A stretch of 64,000 bases of DNA, from IMG/VR virus record IMGVR_UViG_3300020576_001287, positions 1 through 64,000 of that record. One strand, 5' to 3'. Made by a program: the position numbers and the translations under genes. Below the pieces are notes generated by a model. It ran no database searches, had not been told where the DNA came from, and saw only the letters and a program-made list of their open reading frames with translations. Each line of letters opens with the position of its first letter. The first letter of the stretch is position 1. Shown here one piece after another: positions 9,219 to 18,998 of the stretch. Source of the stretch: a virus. Taxonomy: Duplodnaviria; Caudoviricetes.

Positions 9219-9391
9219 TTTCACTAAGCATTATAAAAGACACATGGATAGAAAAGCCTCTCAACGAGGCTTTATGTGTTAATAACATACCCATTAACGA
9301 GGGGGCCACATTATCCAATTGTGAGATGCCTAAAGTATTAAAGCTACCCGTAGAAAGAGGGGGCACTACAAAAGTAAAAACCACACTATAG
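9215..9391 (+). CDS. 58-aa hypothetical protein (not in ORF track)
   Basis: ATGA overlap with the portal stop, fills the gap to 9395: MISLSIIKDTWIEKPLNEALCVNNIPINEG... Confidence 0.55.
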   Translation: MISLSIIKDTWIEKPLNEALCVNNIPINEGATLSNCEMPKVLKLPVERGGTTKVKTTL

Positions 9392-9394
9392 GTT

Positions 9395-10990
9395 ATGAAA
9401 AAGATATACCGAGAAGTTTTAAATTTCTCAAAATCGGAATTACTTGGCCTGCGTAGGGTGGGTATACAGACGGGAGCAATGTTACCAGTTTCAGCAGGTA
9501 CTGACGTATCTTCGTTTGGCTTTTTCGGGGATGGTAACAATATGAATACCTTTTACCCAGACATGGAGCCGGAGGATTGGGAAATAAAACCGGAGGATTT
9601 GGTAGATGTGCCGTTTCGTCTGTTATCAGCTACTATAGTGGGGGGAAACTCTTGGAAAGCTACTGACTTCAGGACGGCAGGGGTGCTTAAATCTTCTATG
9701 ATGATGCTGGATAAAAAGCCAGTATTTTTTGACCATACGCAAGATGTTCCAAACTGGTTAGGCATAACTACAGGGTTAACCTGGCAGGATACTAGTACCG
9801 CAGCAGATGGTACAATAATACCAGCCGGTATAAACGGCTTCCATCGTATAGATGCAAAGTCTAATCCTAAAATAGTTCGCGGGTTAAAATTAGGGGCTAT
9901 CGGTAGCAATAGCGTAACTGTTCAATTTGATTGGACTCCTAGCCATACCTACGATAGTGCTGATGAGTTCTACAACAAAATGGGTACAATAGACCCCAAA
10001 GATGGGGAAATGGTATGCCGCAAGGTTACTAAAATATTGGACTACCATGAGACTTCTTTAGTGTGGCTGGGGGCTGATCCATTTGCCAAGCAGATTGATA
10101 GCTCTGGAAACCTTGTTCATGTTGATAAGAACGCTGTACAGTACAGCAAAGAGAATCCATTTACTTTTGATAAAGCGGATGCGACTGAAAAAGCCACCTA
10201 CGATCATGAAAAAAAGTTTATTATAAACTTTGCCATTGATGAAAAAACTCTATCTTTGTCCAAGAATACTACTAAAGTTACTTTAACCAACAAAAAAAAT
10301 ATACAGATGAAAAAAGTACTCTTGGCATTTCTGGCAGCATTTGGCAGTAAATTAAGCTTAAACATAAATCTTTCTGATGACGCTACAGAGCTTACCCCAG
10401 ATCAGGAAGCCGCTCTGACTGCCGCTTTCGGTAAAATGTCTATAGCTGACCCAGCTAACGCTGAAAATGCTAAGATAGCAGCTTTTGCCAAAGGTTTAAA
10501 GTTGGTTAATGATAAAGGGGAGCTTGTTGATTTTGATATGGTTGGTGGGTCAGGTGCGGCTACCGTAGAATACCATATCATATCTACTGAAGAAAAGAAA
10601 AGGGTGTATGATGTTGCGGCTACTGTTACTGAAGAGTTCAAGGCTAATGCTACTGCCGGTGCCGCTTTTATGCGGGATAAGACAGCAGAATGTATACGTC
10701 TGTACAAATTACAGGTAGGTGACAACTATGATGAAGCCGTAGAAGCTCTTATATCCAATGCTAAGGATTCTAAGACATTGGACGGCCTGTTGAAGCAGTA
10801 TACTAAAGGATCACTGACACATTTCAGCGCACATTGCTCAAAATGTGATTCCTCTGATAACATAGAGATGCGTAGTTCCATACCTACAGGAACACCAAAT
10901 ACGCAGACTACCTCCGGCTTTAAGGCTCGTAACATAGCTGATATAATCAGTGACAGCAGCAAAACCCCAATGTTTATCGGGCGCAGTTAA
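9395..10990 (+). CDS. Prohead protease-scaffold protein
   Basis: Between portal and capsid; protease-like motifs FFDH, GAIGSNSV.V, ETSLVWLGAD; helical scaffold-like C-terminal half. Confidence 0.7.
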   Translation: MKKIYREVLNFSKSELLGLRRVGIQTGAMLPVSAGTDVSSFGFFGDGNNMNTFYPDMEPEDWEIKPEDLVDVPFRLLSATIVGGNSWKATDFRTAGVLKSSMMMLDKKPVFFDHTQDVPNWLGITTGLTWQDTSTAADGTIIPAGINGFHRIDAKSNPKIVRGLKLGAIGSNSVTVQFDWTPSHTYDSADEFYNKMGTIDPKDGEMVCRKVTKILDYHETSLVWLGADPFAKQIDSSGNLVHVDKNAVQYSKENPFTFDKADATEKATYDHEKKFIINFAIDEKTLSLSKNTTKVTLTNKKNIQMKKVLLAFLAAFGSKLSLNINLSDDATELTPDQEAALTAAFGKMSIADPANAENAKIAAFAKGLKLVNDKGELVDFDMVGGSGAATVEYHIISTEEKKRVYDVAATVTEEFKANATAGAAFMRDKTAECIRLYKLQVGDNYDEAVEALISNAKDSKTLDGLLKQYTKGSLTHFSAHCSKCDSSDNIEMRSSIPTGTPNTQTTSGFKARNIADIISDSSKTPMFIGRS

Positions 10991-11047
10991 AAAATACTTG
11001 GTTTTTAAATTTTATTTATCAATCTTTGCAAAACTAAAATACTTGTT

Positions 11048-11506
11048 ATGTATACTAATAACCAGACCGAAGAAAGAAAAATTAGCCGTGAGTTGAACTA
11101 TGCACTTGTTATAGGGTTACCATTGGCTTCGGGCTATACGGCTCCTAATGATGGAGACCATGTAAAGCTAAACACAGATGGTACTATAAGTCCGGTGTCG
11201 GCTACGACAGATAAGGCTATAGGCCATATAGCTTCCGCATATACAAAAACTTCGGGCAGTGATGTACGTGTGCATACGGGCTGGCAGGCATTGACTCGTG
11301 GTGAGTGTGATGGCACTCTAACCCCAGGTGATGAGGTAGCTTGCTCCGGCATTGACGCTTCTGGAACATATAACACAGCTCCAATAAACAAGTATAAAAC
11401 TGCTGGTACTGGGGATTATGTGGTAGGAATATGCCTGGTTGGTGGCCTTACTACAACTACAGCAGCGCAGATAGCCCTGTACCAACGTCCGTACTTGAAA
11501 CCATAA
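11048..11506 (+). CDS. Head decoration/cement protein
   Basis: 152-aa beta-rich protein directly upstream of the major capsid gene. Confidence 0.6.
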   Translation: MYTNNQTEERKISRELNYALVIGLPLASGYTAPNDGDHVKLNTDGTISPVSATTDKAIGHIASAYTKTSGSDVRVHTGWQALTRGECDGTLTPGDEVACSGIDASGTYNTAPINKYKTAGTGDYVVGICLVGGLTTTTAAQIALYQRPYLKP

Positions 11507-11574
11507 TACCATAAAGTAACTTTAAGCGCAGTAAGCACAATCCCATTAAATTAAAAAACTTAAAATATACACTA

Positions 11575-12849
11575 ATGCAACTTGACCTCGCAAAATTTCC
11601 GACTACTGATAAACGTGTGGAGTTTGTCAATTCTTCTTTATCCACATTTGACCAAAAAAGTGACAAGTTTGTAGCTGACAGGGATAAGAGGGCGGCTACT
11701 TCTGCGCAGGTGCGGGAAGCCTTGGCGTATGATATGAAGGACATAGTACGCTCACTGGAAACAGCTCGTACAAGTACCAACGTTAAAAGGGCTGTTGATA
11801 TTTCTATAGGCCAGTACATGCAGGAAGTGTACGGATTTTCAAGGGATGCCAATGGCTCCCCTGATTCGTTTTACCACTTCATGGGTATTAACCCCAGCGA
11901 AACTACAATGCAGTCCCTGATGACCATGCCGGACTTTAACGAGGCATATCGTTGGTTGGGTGCTGAGGTTATACGTGAGGCGATACGCCTGGGTACACGT
12001 AGGGCAGCTTTGTATCCTAACCTTATAGCTGCGGAGCAGAACGTACTTAACCCACAAGTGGTTATGCCGTACATCAAAATGTCTGATGCTATGCCTACGC
12101 TGGTGGGTGAAGCAGAAACAATCCCAATGGGTACTGTTTCTTTCGGACAGAAGACAGTAAAGCTGCGTAAGATAGCTGGCGGTATGAAGATTACGGACGA
12201 AGTACGTGACTACGTTCCGTTGAATGTTTTGGGCCTTTATATGCAGGACATGGGCGTTAAGCGCAACCTTGCACTTGACGTAATGGCGATCTCTACACTC
12301 ATAAACGGTGAAAGCGGCAATAACAACGCAGCTCCTGTTATTGGCGTGAACACTGTGTATTCTACACCTGGTACCGGCCTTACTTACAAAGACCTGTTGG
12401 GTATATGGATCACAATGGGTATGCTAGGTAAAATGCCGCAGTCTATTCTTTCAAACAAGAATATGGCAATGCACTACCTGACACTGCCTGAGTTTACAAA
12501 TACATTGCTGCGCAGGCCAGGTAACCCAGACGGGGTTAATGTACGTACTCCTATACCTACAAACAGCAACTTCGATATACATGGTGCTATGCCAGTAGAC
12601 AATCAGGTAATGCTGATAGACAATACTTCAGCTCTTATAAAACTGAACAGTCAGGCAATGCGTGTAGAATCTGAGAGGATCGTAGAACGTCAGTTGGATA
12701 ACATCGTAGTTACCGAGACTACCGGTTTCGCTAAAATGATGGTGGATTCATCTGTTATCATAGACCAGTCTGTAACCATCGGTTCTGCCCCTATACCTAC
12801 ATGGATGAACCCGCTTACTACTATGACTGAATCTTTCAGGGGTCTGTAG
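11575..12849 (+). CDS. Major capsid protein (HK97 fold)
   Basis: 424 aa; VGEAETIP....SFGQK.VKLRKIAGG.KITDE pattern; synteny. Confidence 0.88.
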   Translation: MQLDLAKFPTTDKRVEFVNSSLSTFDQKSDKFVADRDKRAATSAQVREALAYDMKDIVRSLETARTSTNVKRAVDISIGQYMQEVYGFSRDANGSPDSFYHFMGINPSETTMQSLMTMPDFNEAYRWLGAEVIREAIRLGTRRAALYPNLIAAEQNVLNPQVVMPYIKMSDAMPTLVGEAETIPMGTVSFGQKTVKLRKIAGGMKITDEVRDYVPLNVLGLYMQDMGVKRNLALDVMAISTLINGESGNNNAAPVIGVNTVYSTPGTGLTYKDLLGIWITMGMLGKMPQSILSNKNMAMHYLTLPEFTNTLLRRPGNPDGVNVRTPIPTNSNFDIHGAMPVDNQVMLIDNTSALIKLNSQAMRVESERIVERQLDNIVVTETTGFAKMMVDSSVIIDQSVTIGSAPIPTWMNPLTTMTESFRGL

Positions 12850-12908
12850 TGGCTTAGTTTTTGTAGTTCTTATTTTGATACTTTTGTTTTAATTTTAAAG
12901 CTTGCAAC

Positions 12909-13370
12909 ATGGCAAACAGTAATAATGAAGTTTTTGTTAAGTTACGTGATAAATCAGGCTCGTTCTACGATCCTACCCAAGGTAAGGGGGTTGTACGTGA
13001 CAGGGTGGCACTACTAAAGCGCACTTCCTATGTATCACAGTTCATACACGCTCAACAGCTTATAGAGTTGTCGGATGAAGTGGGGCAGAGTGAGTTTGAT
13101 GCGCAGAACCCAGTAGCTGTACCTGCTACCCCTGGGGATCATGGTGGTACCGCACCGGTTGCAGCTCTCGTTAAGGAAGAAGCTACAGAGGCTGATAAAC
13201 CCGCAGCTAAGAAAGCAGTGGCTGTTAAAAAAGCAGCCCCACTTAAAAAGGCAGCGGCTCCAATTAAGGAGGTACCGGAATCTGATGATGACGATGATGA
13301 TGACGAAGACGAGGCACCAGCCCCAAAAAAGAAAGCGGCTGTAGCTGATGACGATGATGACGATGAGTAA
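12909..13370 (+). CDS. Post-capsid protein with small folded N-terminus and Lys/Ala/Pro plus poly-Asp disordered tail
   Basis: KKAVAVKKAAPLKKAAAPIK followed by DDDDDDDEDEAPAPKKKAAVADDDDDDE. Confidence 0.65.
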   Translation: MANSNNEVFVKLRDKSGSFYDPTQGKGVVRDRVALLKRTSYVSQFIHAQQLIELSDEVGQSEFDAQNPVAVPATPGDHGGTAPVAALVKEEATEADKPAAKKAVAVKKAAPLKKAAAPIKEVPESDDDDDDDEDEAPAPKKKAAVADDDDDDE

Positions 13371-13386
13371 AATATATTACGCACAA

Positions 13387-13427
13387 AACAAAAAACGCAT
13401 TAGTTAACAACTAGTGCGTTTTTTGTT
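13387..13427. terminator. Bidirectional-looking terminator hairpin
   Basis: AACAAAAAACGCATTAGTT-AAC-AACTAGTGCGTTTTTTGTT. Confidence 0.75.
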
Positions 13428-13440
13428 ATAATTTTATGCT

Positions 13441-14019
13441 ATGGGAGCTTATGACATACCTTCGGCTGATCTGGGTACTTTACCTACACTCGTATTTAAA
13501 GATATGGTGTATAACAGGTTACCATTTTTAACTAAGAACGAGGATACGGATGCGATTATAGCTAACTTTCTTCTTGAAGAGGGTTACGAAATGGAGCCAT
13601 GCTTTAATGTAGGCTTGGTAGATGGGGTTATGGATTGGGAGCTAGTGGGAATAGAGACAAGTTACAATGTTGCACAGAAGTCATTACTTGCAGACCTAGT
13701 ATCTGCGTACATGATACTTATATACACTGCTGCGGCTACCGGTGGTAATAACCAAGCAGATACCCCTACAGCCCCTGTTGTTAAATTCCTGAAGAAAGCT
13801 AAAGCTGGTAGTGCTGATGTAGAATGGGAGGCGGTTAAGATGAAAGATACCCCAGGGTTATTTGATTCAGCTTCTGGGCTACTATCCAAATACAAAAATA
13901 GTGCAGCTCGTAAAGCACGTAATTTCGGCTGTACTATAGACATTTGTGATGACTGTGTAGGTCTTGCTGTGGGGGAATTACCCTTATTAACTATAACCGG
14001 CTGTAGTAGCTGTGGATAA
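13441..14019 (+). CDS. Probable head-tail adaptor
   Basis: Synteny after the capsid block; KKAKAGSADVEW motif typical of adaptor proteins. Confidence 0.55.
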   Translation: MGAYDIPSADLGTLPTLVFKDMVYNRLPFLTKNEDTDAIIANFLLEEGYEMEPCFNVGLVDGVMDWELVGIETSYNVAQKSLLADLVSAYMILIYTAAATGGNNQADTPTAPVVKFLKKAKAGSADVEWEAVKMKDTPGLFDSASGLLSKYKNSAARKARNFGCTIDICDDCVGLAVGELPLLTITGCSSCG

Positions 14020-14030
14020 ATTTACACGGG

Positions 14031-14468
14031 ATGGACTTATTTTCAGCAGCAGACTTAGCGGAGATACGAGAGGCTATACATGACGTAACAGATACGTTTG
14101 CTAAGACTCCTATAGTGCTACACGTAAAGATAGATAACTCAGACCGTATGGGCAGGACTATAGGCACACATACTGACTATAACGTATTGGCCTTTGTTGA
14201 GTATGGGCAGAAAGAGTCTGATATAACTTTTACAACTGTGGATGGAGGTACAATAGGGGCAGATATACGATGCCTGCTTAACCTGGATGATATGGGGGAT
14301 GCTGGGCTTATAGACAGTAATCATAAGCCTATAATTAATCCGGCTACGGACAACATGACTTGTGACGGGGTAGAGTATAAAATAGACCTGTGCGAGGTGG
14401 ATGGGGGTATAGAGAGGCGTAACCTTATTTGTATGATATTTGCTAACCGTAGACCTACACATACATAA
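14031..14468 (+). CDS. Probable head-closure protein
   Basis: 145-aa beta-rich protein in the neck position. Confidence 0.5.
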   Translation: MDLFSAADLAEIREAIHDVTDTFAKTPIVLHVKIDNSDRMGRTIGTHTDYNVLAFVEYGQKESDITFTTVDGGTIGADIRCLLNLDDMGDAGLIDSNHKPIINPATDNMTCDGVEYKIDLCEVDGGIERRNLICMIFANRRPTHT

Positions 14469-15031
14469 TGTCTATATTTACAACAACACATACGGTAGAG
14501 GCACCGTTAGTAAACGTAAAGTTGGTGGGCAACTGGAATACAGTACGATCCTTTGTACATAGCTTAAATAAGGACATGAATACTGCCCGACTTATTTCGT
14601 TACAGCAGTGGGCAGATATGGCAGAACAGACTGCTAAGATGCACATTGAGACAAACGATATAGGCTGGGATTCGTTACATCCAGATTGGGTGGATTTTAA
14701 GAAGAGGCAAGGTTGGGATACGGGTATATACTCTGCTACAAGCTCTTACTTTAGGAACATAGTAGCCAAAGTACGGGCAAAAGATTACACAGCATTTGCG
14801 GGGGTGCAAACAGGGGCCATAAGCGGAAGTAGTGGGGCAGACTTGGTAGAGATAGCTTACTTTTTGGAGCATGGTTTTATGGCAGCACACCTACCAGCTA
14901 GACCCTTATGGCAACCTACATTTGATGAGGTTATGGAGTGGTACATGTCCGAGGTAAGTGTATCACCTTCAGATATATTTGCAAACATGAAAATGGCAAA
15001 GGCCAGTGGTTTATGGTTAGGTAAAAAATAA
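14468..15031 (+). CDS. Neck/tail-completion protein (HK97 gp10-like)
   Basis: IAYFLEHG....HLPARPLWQPTFDE motif. Confidence 0.65.
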   Translation: MSIFTTTHTVEAPLVNVKLVGNWNTVRSFVHSLNKDMNTARLISLQQWADMAEQTAKMHIETNDIGWDSLHPDWVDFKKRQGWDTGIYSATSSYFRNIVAKVRAKDYTAFAGVQTGAISGSSGADLVEIAYFLEHGFMAAHLPARPLWQPTFDEVMEWYMSEVSVSPSDIFANMKMAKASGLWLGKK

Positions 15032-15036
15032 TTTAC

Positions 15037-16041
15037 ATGATACAGACAGTTACTTACAACGAGCTTGATAATACTTTCTTTGAGGTTCTTAGAAGGGCTG
15101 TAGTAGCTGCTGGGTACTTACCGAATATACTAAGCTATCAAACAGGAACTTTGGCACAGAGGGCCGCAGCCTACAAACAAGCTAAAGTAACTTTAAGAGA
15201 CTCCATAGGTACAATTACTGAGATATTTAATACTGGCAGCTTTGAGAGTAAGGGGGAGAAGACCATAAATAAGATAGTTATAGTACGTGGGGCTAAGAAG
15301 CTGGGTAGTATAGGCGGTTGGCCTGCTACCCAAATTGACGTTACTACAGGGCTACCGCTTACGGCTGAGAGTAGGTTTAAAAAATCCTTTACCCCAGATG
15401 CTTCAAATAACGTATCATACGAAGTCCGGCTAATAACCAATGATGCTGTTTGGGATAATACTTTGAGCAGTGTTATAGATAACGCTATACCACAGAAGAG
15501 GTTTATTAACACTGTAGGTAATGACGGGTTAGACACGAATAACAGGGTGTTGGTAGTAAGCAATGGGGACACTAATATTTCTGCATTTAACTTCATAGAG
15601 AGAATATTTAGGTTCACTGTTATGGATGTATTTGTACAATCTGGGGCAGTAACTAAAACAAATATTCCGGTACTTTCAACAGTAGATTTTATGGTATACC
15701 TGACACAGGAGATTATAGAGGGGGCACAAAGCGCACTACCTGGCACACTTACACCAACACCTAGGACAGTAACTTTATGGATCACAGACACCCCAGATGA
15801 AGCAGCTAAAATAGCTGTAGGCAGGGGGCAGTTTATACAGCGGGACTACCTACCAGGCTCTAGCATAACAATACCTTACCTAGCAGAAAATAATACTGTT
15901 GAAAGCCCTATCTTTGTGAGCAATCACACAGAGCAGTTATTGAAGTGTATTGCAGGGGTAATAGACTACCATTTAGTGAGCGTGGATGCTAATTTTGTAT
16001 CTGGTGATTATGTAACTTTAAAATTTACAGACTATGTTTAA
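15037..16041 (+). CDS. Probable tail terminator protein with C-terminal extension
   Basis: Synteny as last neck gene; SYEVRLIT...ERIFRFTV.DV pattern. Confidence 0.45.
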   Translation: MIQTVTYNELDNTFFEVLRRAVVAAGYLPNILSYQTGTLAQRAAAYKQAKVTLRDSIGTITEIFNTGSFESKGEKTINKIVIVRGAKKLGSIGGWPATQIDVTTGLPLTAESRFKKSFTPDASNNVSYEVRLITNDAVWDNTLSSVIDNAIPQKRFINTVGNDGLDTNNRVLVVSNGDTNISAFNFIERIFRFTVMDVFVQSGAVTKTNIPVLSTVDFMVYLTQEIIEGAQSALPGTLTPTPRTVTLWITDTPDEAAKIAVGRGQFIQRDYLPGSSITIPYLAENNTVESPIFVSNHTEQLLKCIAGVIDYHLVSVDANFVSGDYVTLKFTDYV

Positions 16042-17632
16042 TAAAGTAGCTTTAGTAGTACTCATACTGCTGGCATCATTTACAACAAACGCACAGTACA
16101 AGAGAGATACCGTAAAGAGTATATCACCAACAGGTACTTTTCATAAGGTACTAAAGGAGCAGGGGGGTTGGCAGTTTGTAGAGTATATACAAGCTCCTAG
16201 AATCAGATATAGGTACTATGGGGCTGCAAATGAGGGTACTTTTTGTATAGTTAGGGATACCCTGTGGTTTTGGGATAGTTCTCTACAGGATCATAAGTTT
16301 GCACTTACTCTAAAAGATACTCCGTATATAAAGACTTTAGCAGCAAGTGGGGCAGATGGGCAGAACCTATACATATCCAATGACACATTATCCATAGAGC
16401 GGGGTAATAGTGTCATTTTGCCGTTTGTAAAACTTGCCGATTCCGCTGCAATGTTGGCCCCGTATTTACCCAAATGGCTAGCGGCTATACTATACCAACC
16501 TGTCTTGGGGTTCACACCGGAAAACGTGGCAAACAAGGCAACAAATATGAATGTCCTGAATAACTTACTATACCCGACAACAGCAGCCGTTAATACATGG
16601 GGAAATGCTAACTACCAGCCAATAGGTATTTACATTAGGGCAATGGATACTGCAACAATGCTGGCTAACTATCTTTTAAAAGATCATGCAGCAGCACTGT
16701 ATAAAGGCAAAGGAGATAGTACAACAGCCGGTGGGTTCTACCCTTTATTTAGGGCTGATACTAGTAGATACAATATGTTAGCATATATTGCAACAAAGGG
16801 CAGCGGCACAGTAACTACAGTGACTGTAGTTACAGCCAATGGTATTTCAGGTACAGTAAGTAACGCTACAACCATACCGCAGATTTCGTTATTTTTAAAC
16901 ACTATACAAGATGCTACAGGAATGGCAGGAAAGATAGTTGCCACAGCTATTGCTGACCCTGCAACACCAGCCCCAAACACCGGTTATTTATACATGGATG
17001 CAACACATCATGTTTTTAATATAAAAAATGATGCTGGGGTAGTTAGCAATACGGCAATACCAAATGCTGGAACATCTGGGCAATTTTTCAAGACATTTGG
17101 AGCAGATGGATTATTCACTTTGGGCACAGCCGTAACAAGCGTTACAGCCGGAACAGGGTTATCAGGTGGAACAATTACCGGAACAGGTACAATTTCAATG
17201 CCGAACACCGGAACAGCCGGAACGTATGGCAGCAGTACGCAGGTGGCAGTTATTACCACTGATGCACAGGGCCGCATTACATCAGTTACACCCACAACAA
17301 TAACAGGCTTTCAGGTATCGGGTAATTACGTTACATTTTCAGATACAACCATTTCAGCAGCATACACACTAACATCAAGGGATTTGCACAGGCGTATACA
17401 TTGCACCAATGGTAGCAACATAGCATTAACCATACCGTCAGGATTGGGGGCATCGTTTGGGTGTGAGGTTGTGCAAGAAGGGGCAGGAACAGTTACACCA
17501 TCAGGATCGGGAGCAACAATTCATTTTGCAACTTCAGGGGACACAAAAACAGGAGGGCAACACAGTGCAATAAGCATACAGGCAGAAGCGGCAACAGATC
17601 ATATTTTTATACAGGGTAAAACACAGCCATGA
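16034..17632 (+). CDS. Fibre-like Gly/Thr-rich protein with predicted Sec signal peptide
   Basis: MFNKVALVVLILLASFTTNA|Q; fibre-type repeats TSVTAGTGLSGGTITGTGTI and AGTYG...TTDAQGRITSVT; C-terminal YTLT..D....I.CTNGSNIALTIP domain. Confidence 0.65.
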   Translation: MFNKVALVVLILLASFTTNAQYKRDTVKSISPTGTFHKVLKEQGGWQFVEYIQAPRIRYRYYGAANEGTFCIVRDTLWFWDSSLQDHKFALTLKDTPYIKTLAASGADGQNLYISNDTLSIERGNSVILPFVKLADSAAMLAPYLPKWLAAILYQPVLGFTPENVANKATNMNVLNNLLYPTTAAVNTWGNANYQPIGIYIRAMDTATMLANYLLKDHAAALYKGKGDSTTAGGFYPLFRADTSRYNMLAYIATKGSGTVTTVTVVTANGISGTVSNATTIPQISLFLNTIQDATGMAGKIVATAIADPATPAPNTGYLYMDATHHVFNIKNDAGVVSNTAIPNAGTSGQFFKTFGADGLFTLGTAVTSVTAGTGLSGGTITGTGTISMPNTGTAGTYGSSTQVAVITTDAQGRITSVTPTTITGFQVSGNYVTFSDTTISAAYTLTSRDLHRRIHCTNGSNIALTIPSGLGASFGCEVVQEGAGTVTPSGSGATIHFATSGDTKTGGQHSAISIQAEAATDHIFIQGKTQP

Positions 17633-18594
17633 GAATATTATTGTTCATATTACTTTTTGCAACAACAGCACAGGCACAATATTCAGCATCACCTGGGATA
17701 CTTCATACAGGCGGTGGCTGCGTTTCCCCCTCAGCTATTGCGGGGGAATTGTTTATTTCTAAAGATGGTAACAGCCAGTTAAGTGATGCCACAGCAGGGG
17801 GAACATGGAGCAGCGGTAACACAGCTATTGCAACTGTAGGCAGTGCTGGCCTTGTATCAGGGATAGCCGCAGGCACAGCAGTAATTACGTACAGTATGGG
17901 GGCACCATGTAACGCATATGCTACCGTAACAGTAGCGGCTTTAACCCTTGTAGGTACCCAAGCAGCGCAATGGGATTTTAGTATACAACCATCTGTTACA
18001 GTGGTAACAGGCATATCTGCTATATCGGATCGCTCTGGTAATGGGCGTAGCTTATTACAACCTACTGTATCCTGCCAACCGGTGTGGGTAAATACAGGCG
18101 GTAAGTCCTATGCTATATTGGACGGGGTAACAACTTCAGCCGGAGACTTTATGCAGGCTACATTTCCTCTCGTGCAATCATACACAATAATGAGGGTGCT
18201 TAAAATGCACTGGTTGGCAGGGCAAACTATTGATGGAGGTATTCCAGCTAACTCTGGGCAAACATGGATGAATAGTATACTAGGTTTCCCGTATATAGGT
18301 ATGGTAGCCGCAGCAGCATTGCAACCAAACACAAACACATTCCCAGATAATACGTGGAGTGTACTGACAACAACATTTAACTCTAGCAGTAGCCAAATAA
18401 TTGTTGATACTGGAACAGCAGTTACGGGTAATCCAGGAACAGCGGCACCAAACGGGTACACGCTAGGTAGAGATGGTAATGTAGCGGGTACTAACAGTAA
18501 CATAGAAGTAAAAATAATAGTTATATTCACCGGAGTTCTAACGTCAGCACAACAGAAAGCAAACTACGTTGCTCTTATAAATTATAAGCCATGA
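17629..18594 (+). CDS. Signal-peptide protein with Big_2-like Ig domain and LamG/ConA-like domain
   Basis: MRILLFILLFATTAQA|Q; WSSGNTAIATVGSAGLVSGIAAGTAVITYS; WDFS...ISDRSGNGR.L.Q...IVIFTGVLT. Confidence 0.7.
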   Translation: MRILLFILLFATTAQAQYSASPGILHTGGGCVSPSAIAGELFISKDGNSQLSDATAGGTWSSGNTAIATVGSAGLVSGIAAGTAVITYSMGAPCNAYATVTVAALTLVGTQAAQWDFSIQPSVTVVTGISAISDRSGNGRSLLQPTVSCQPVWVNTGGKSYAILDGVTTSAGDFMQATFPLVQSYTIMRVLKMHWLAGQTIDGGIPANSGQTWMNSILGFPYIGMVAAAALQPNTNTFPDNTWSVLTTTFNSSSSQIIVDTGTAVTGNPGTAAPNGYTLGRDGNVAGTNSNIEVKIIVIFTGVLTSAQQKANYVALINYKP

Positions 18595-18932
18595 TAAGAA
18601 TACTTTTAGTGCTACTACTGTGTGGTAGTATTTGTACAGCTCAGGTTACCAAATATGTAACCATTAAAGATACCGTACTGGTTAAAGGTATGCCACCTGT
18701 TAACCGGATATACATTGATAGCCTGCCAAGTACGTATGTGTACAAGTTTTGCCATTACGTAGAGGGTAAAGACCCTTTTTATCTATTGGTGGATACATTT
18801 GACCGGCCTGGTACACCTGCTTACTTGATAGATACTGAAGCATTGACAGGAAGCAACGCTTTAACGCATGACAACGAGTTTACCCGCATAGCTAACCTTC
18901 TACATCTTACGATAACGCAGGTAGGTAAATAA
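18591..18932 (+). CDS. Small signal-peptide protein of unknown function
   Basis: MIRILLVLLLCGSICTA|Q; ATGA overlap with the previous gene. Confidence 0.55.
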   Translation: MIRILLVLLLCGSICTAQVTKYVTIKDTVLVKGMPPVNRIYIDSLPSTYVYKFCHYVEGKDPFYLLVDTFDRPGTPAYLIDTEALTGSNALTHDNEFTRIANLLHLTITQVGK

Positions 18933-18936
18933 AAAG

Positions 18937-18966
18937 TTGCCAATTATATTAAAATGATTATTTTTG
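18937..18966 (+). promoter_or_regulatory. Tail-operon promoter TTG-N19-TATTTTTG, 13-bp palindrome 7 nt downstream
   Basis: -33/-7 spacing same as other promoters in the window. Confidence 0.55.
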
Positions 18967-18998
18967 TTCTTTGTAAAGTAACTTTAAAATAGCGCAAC

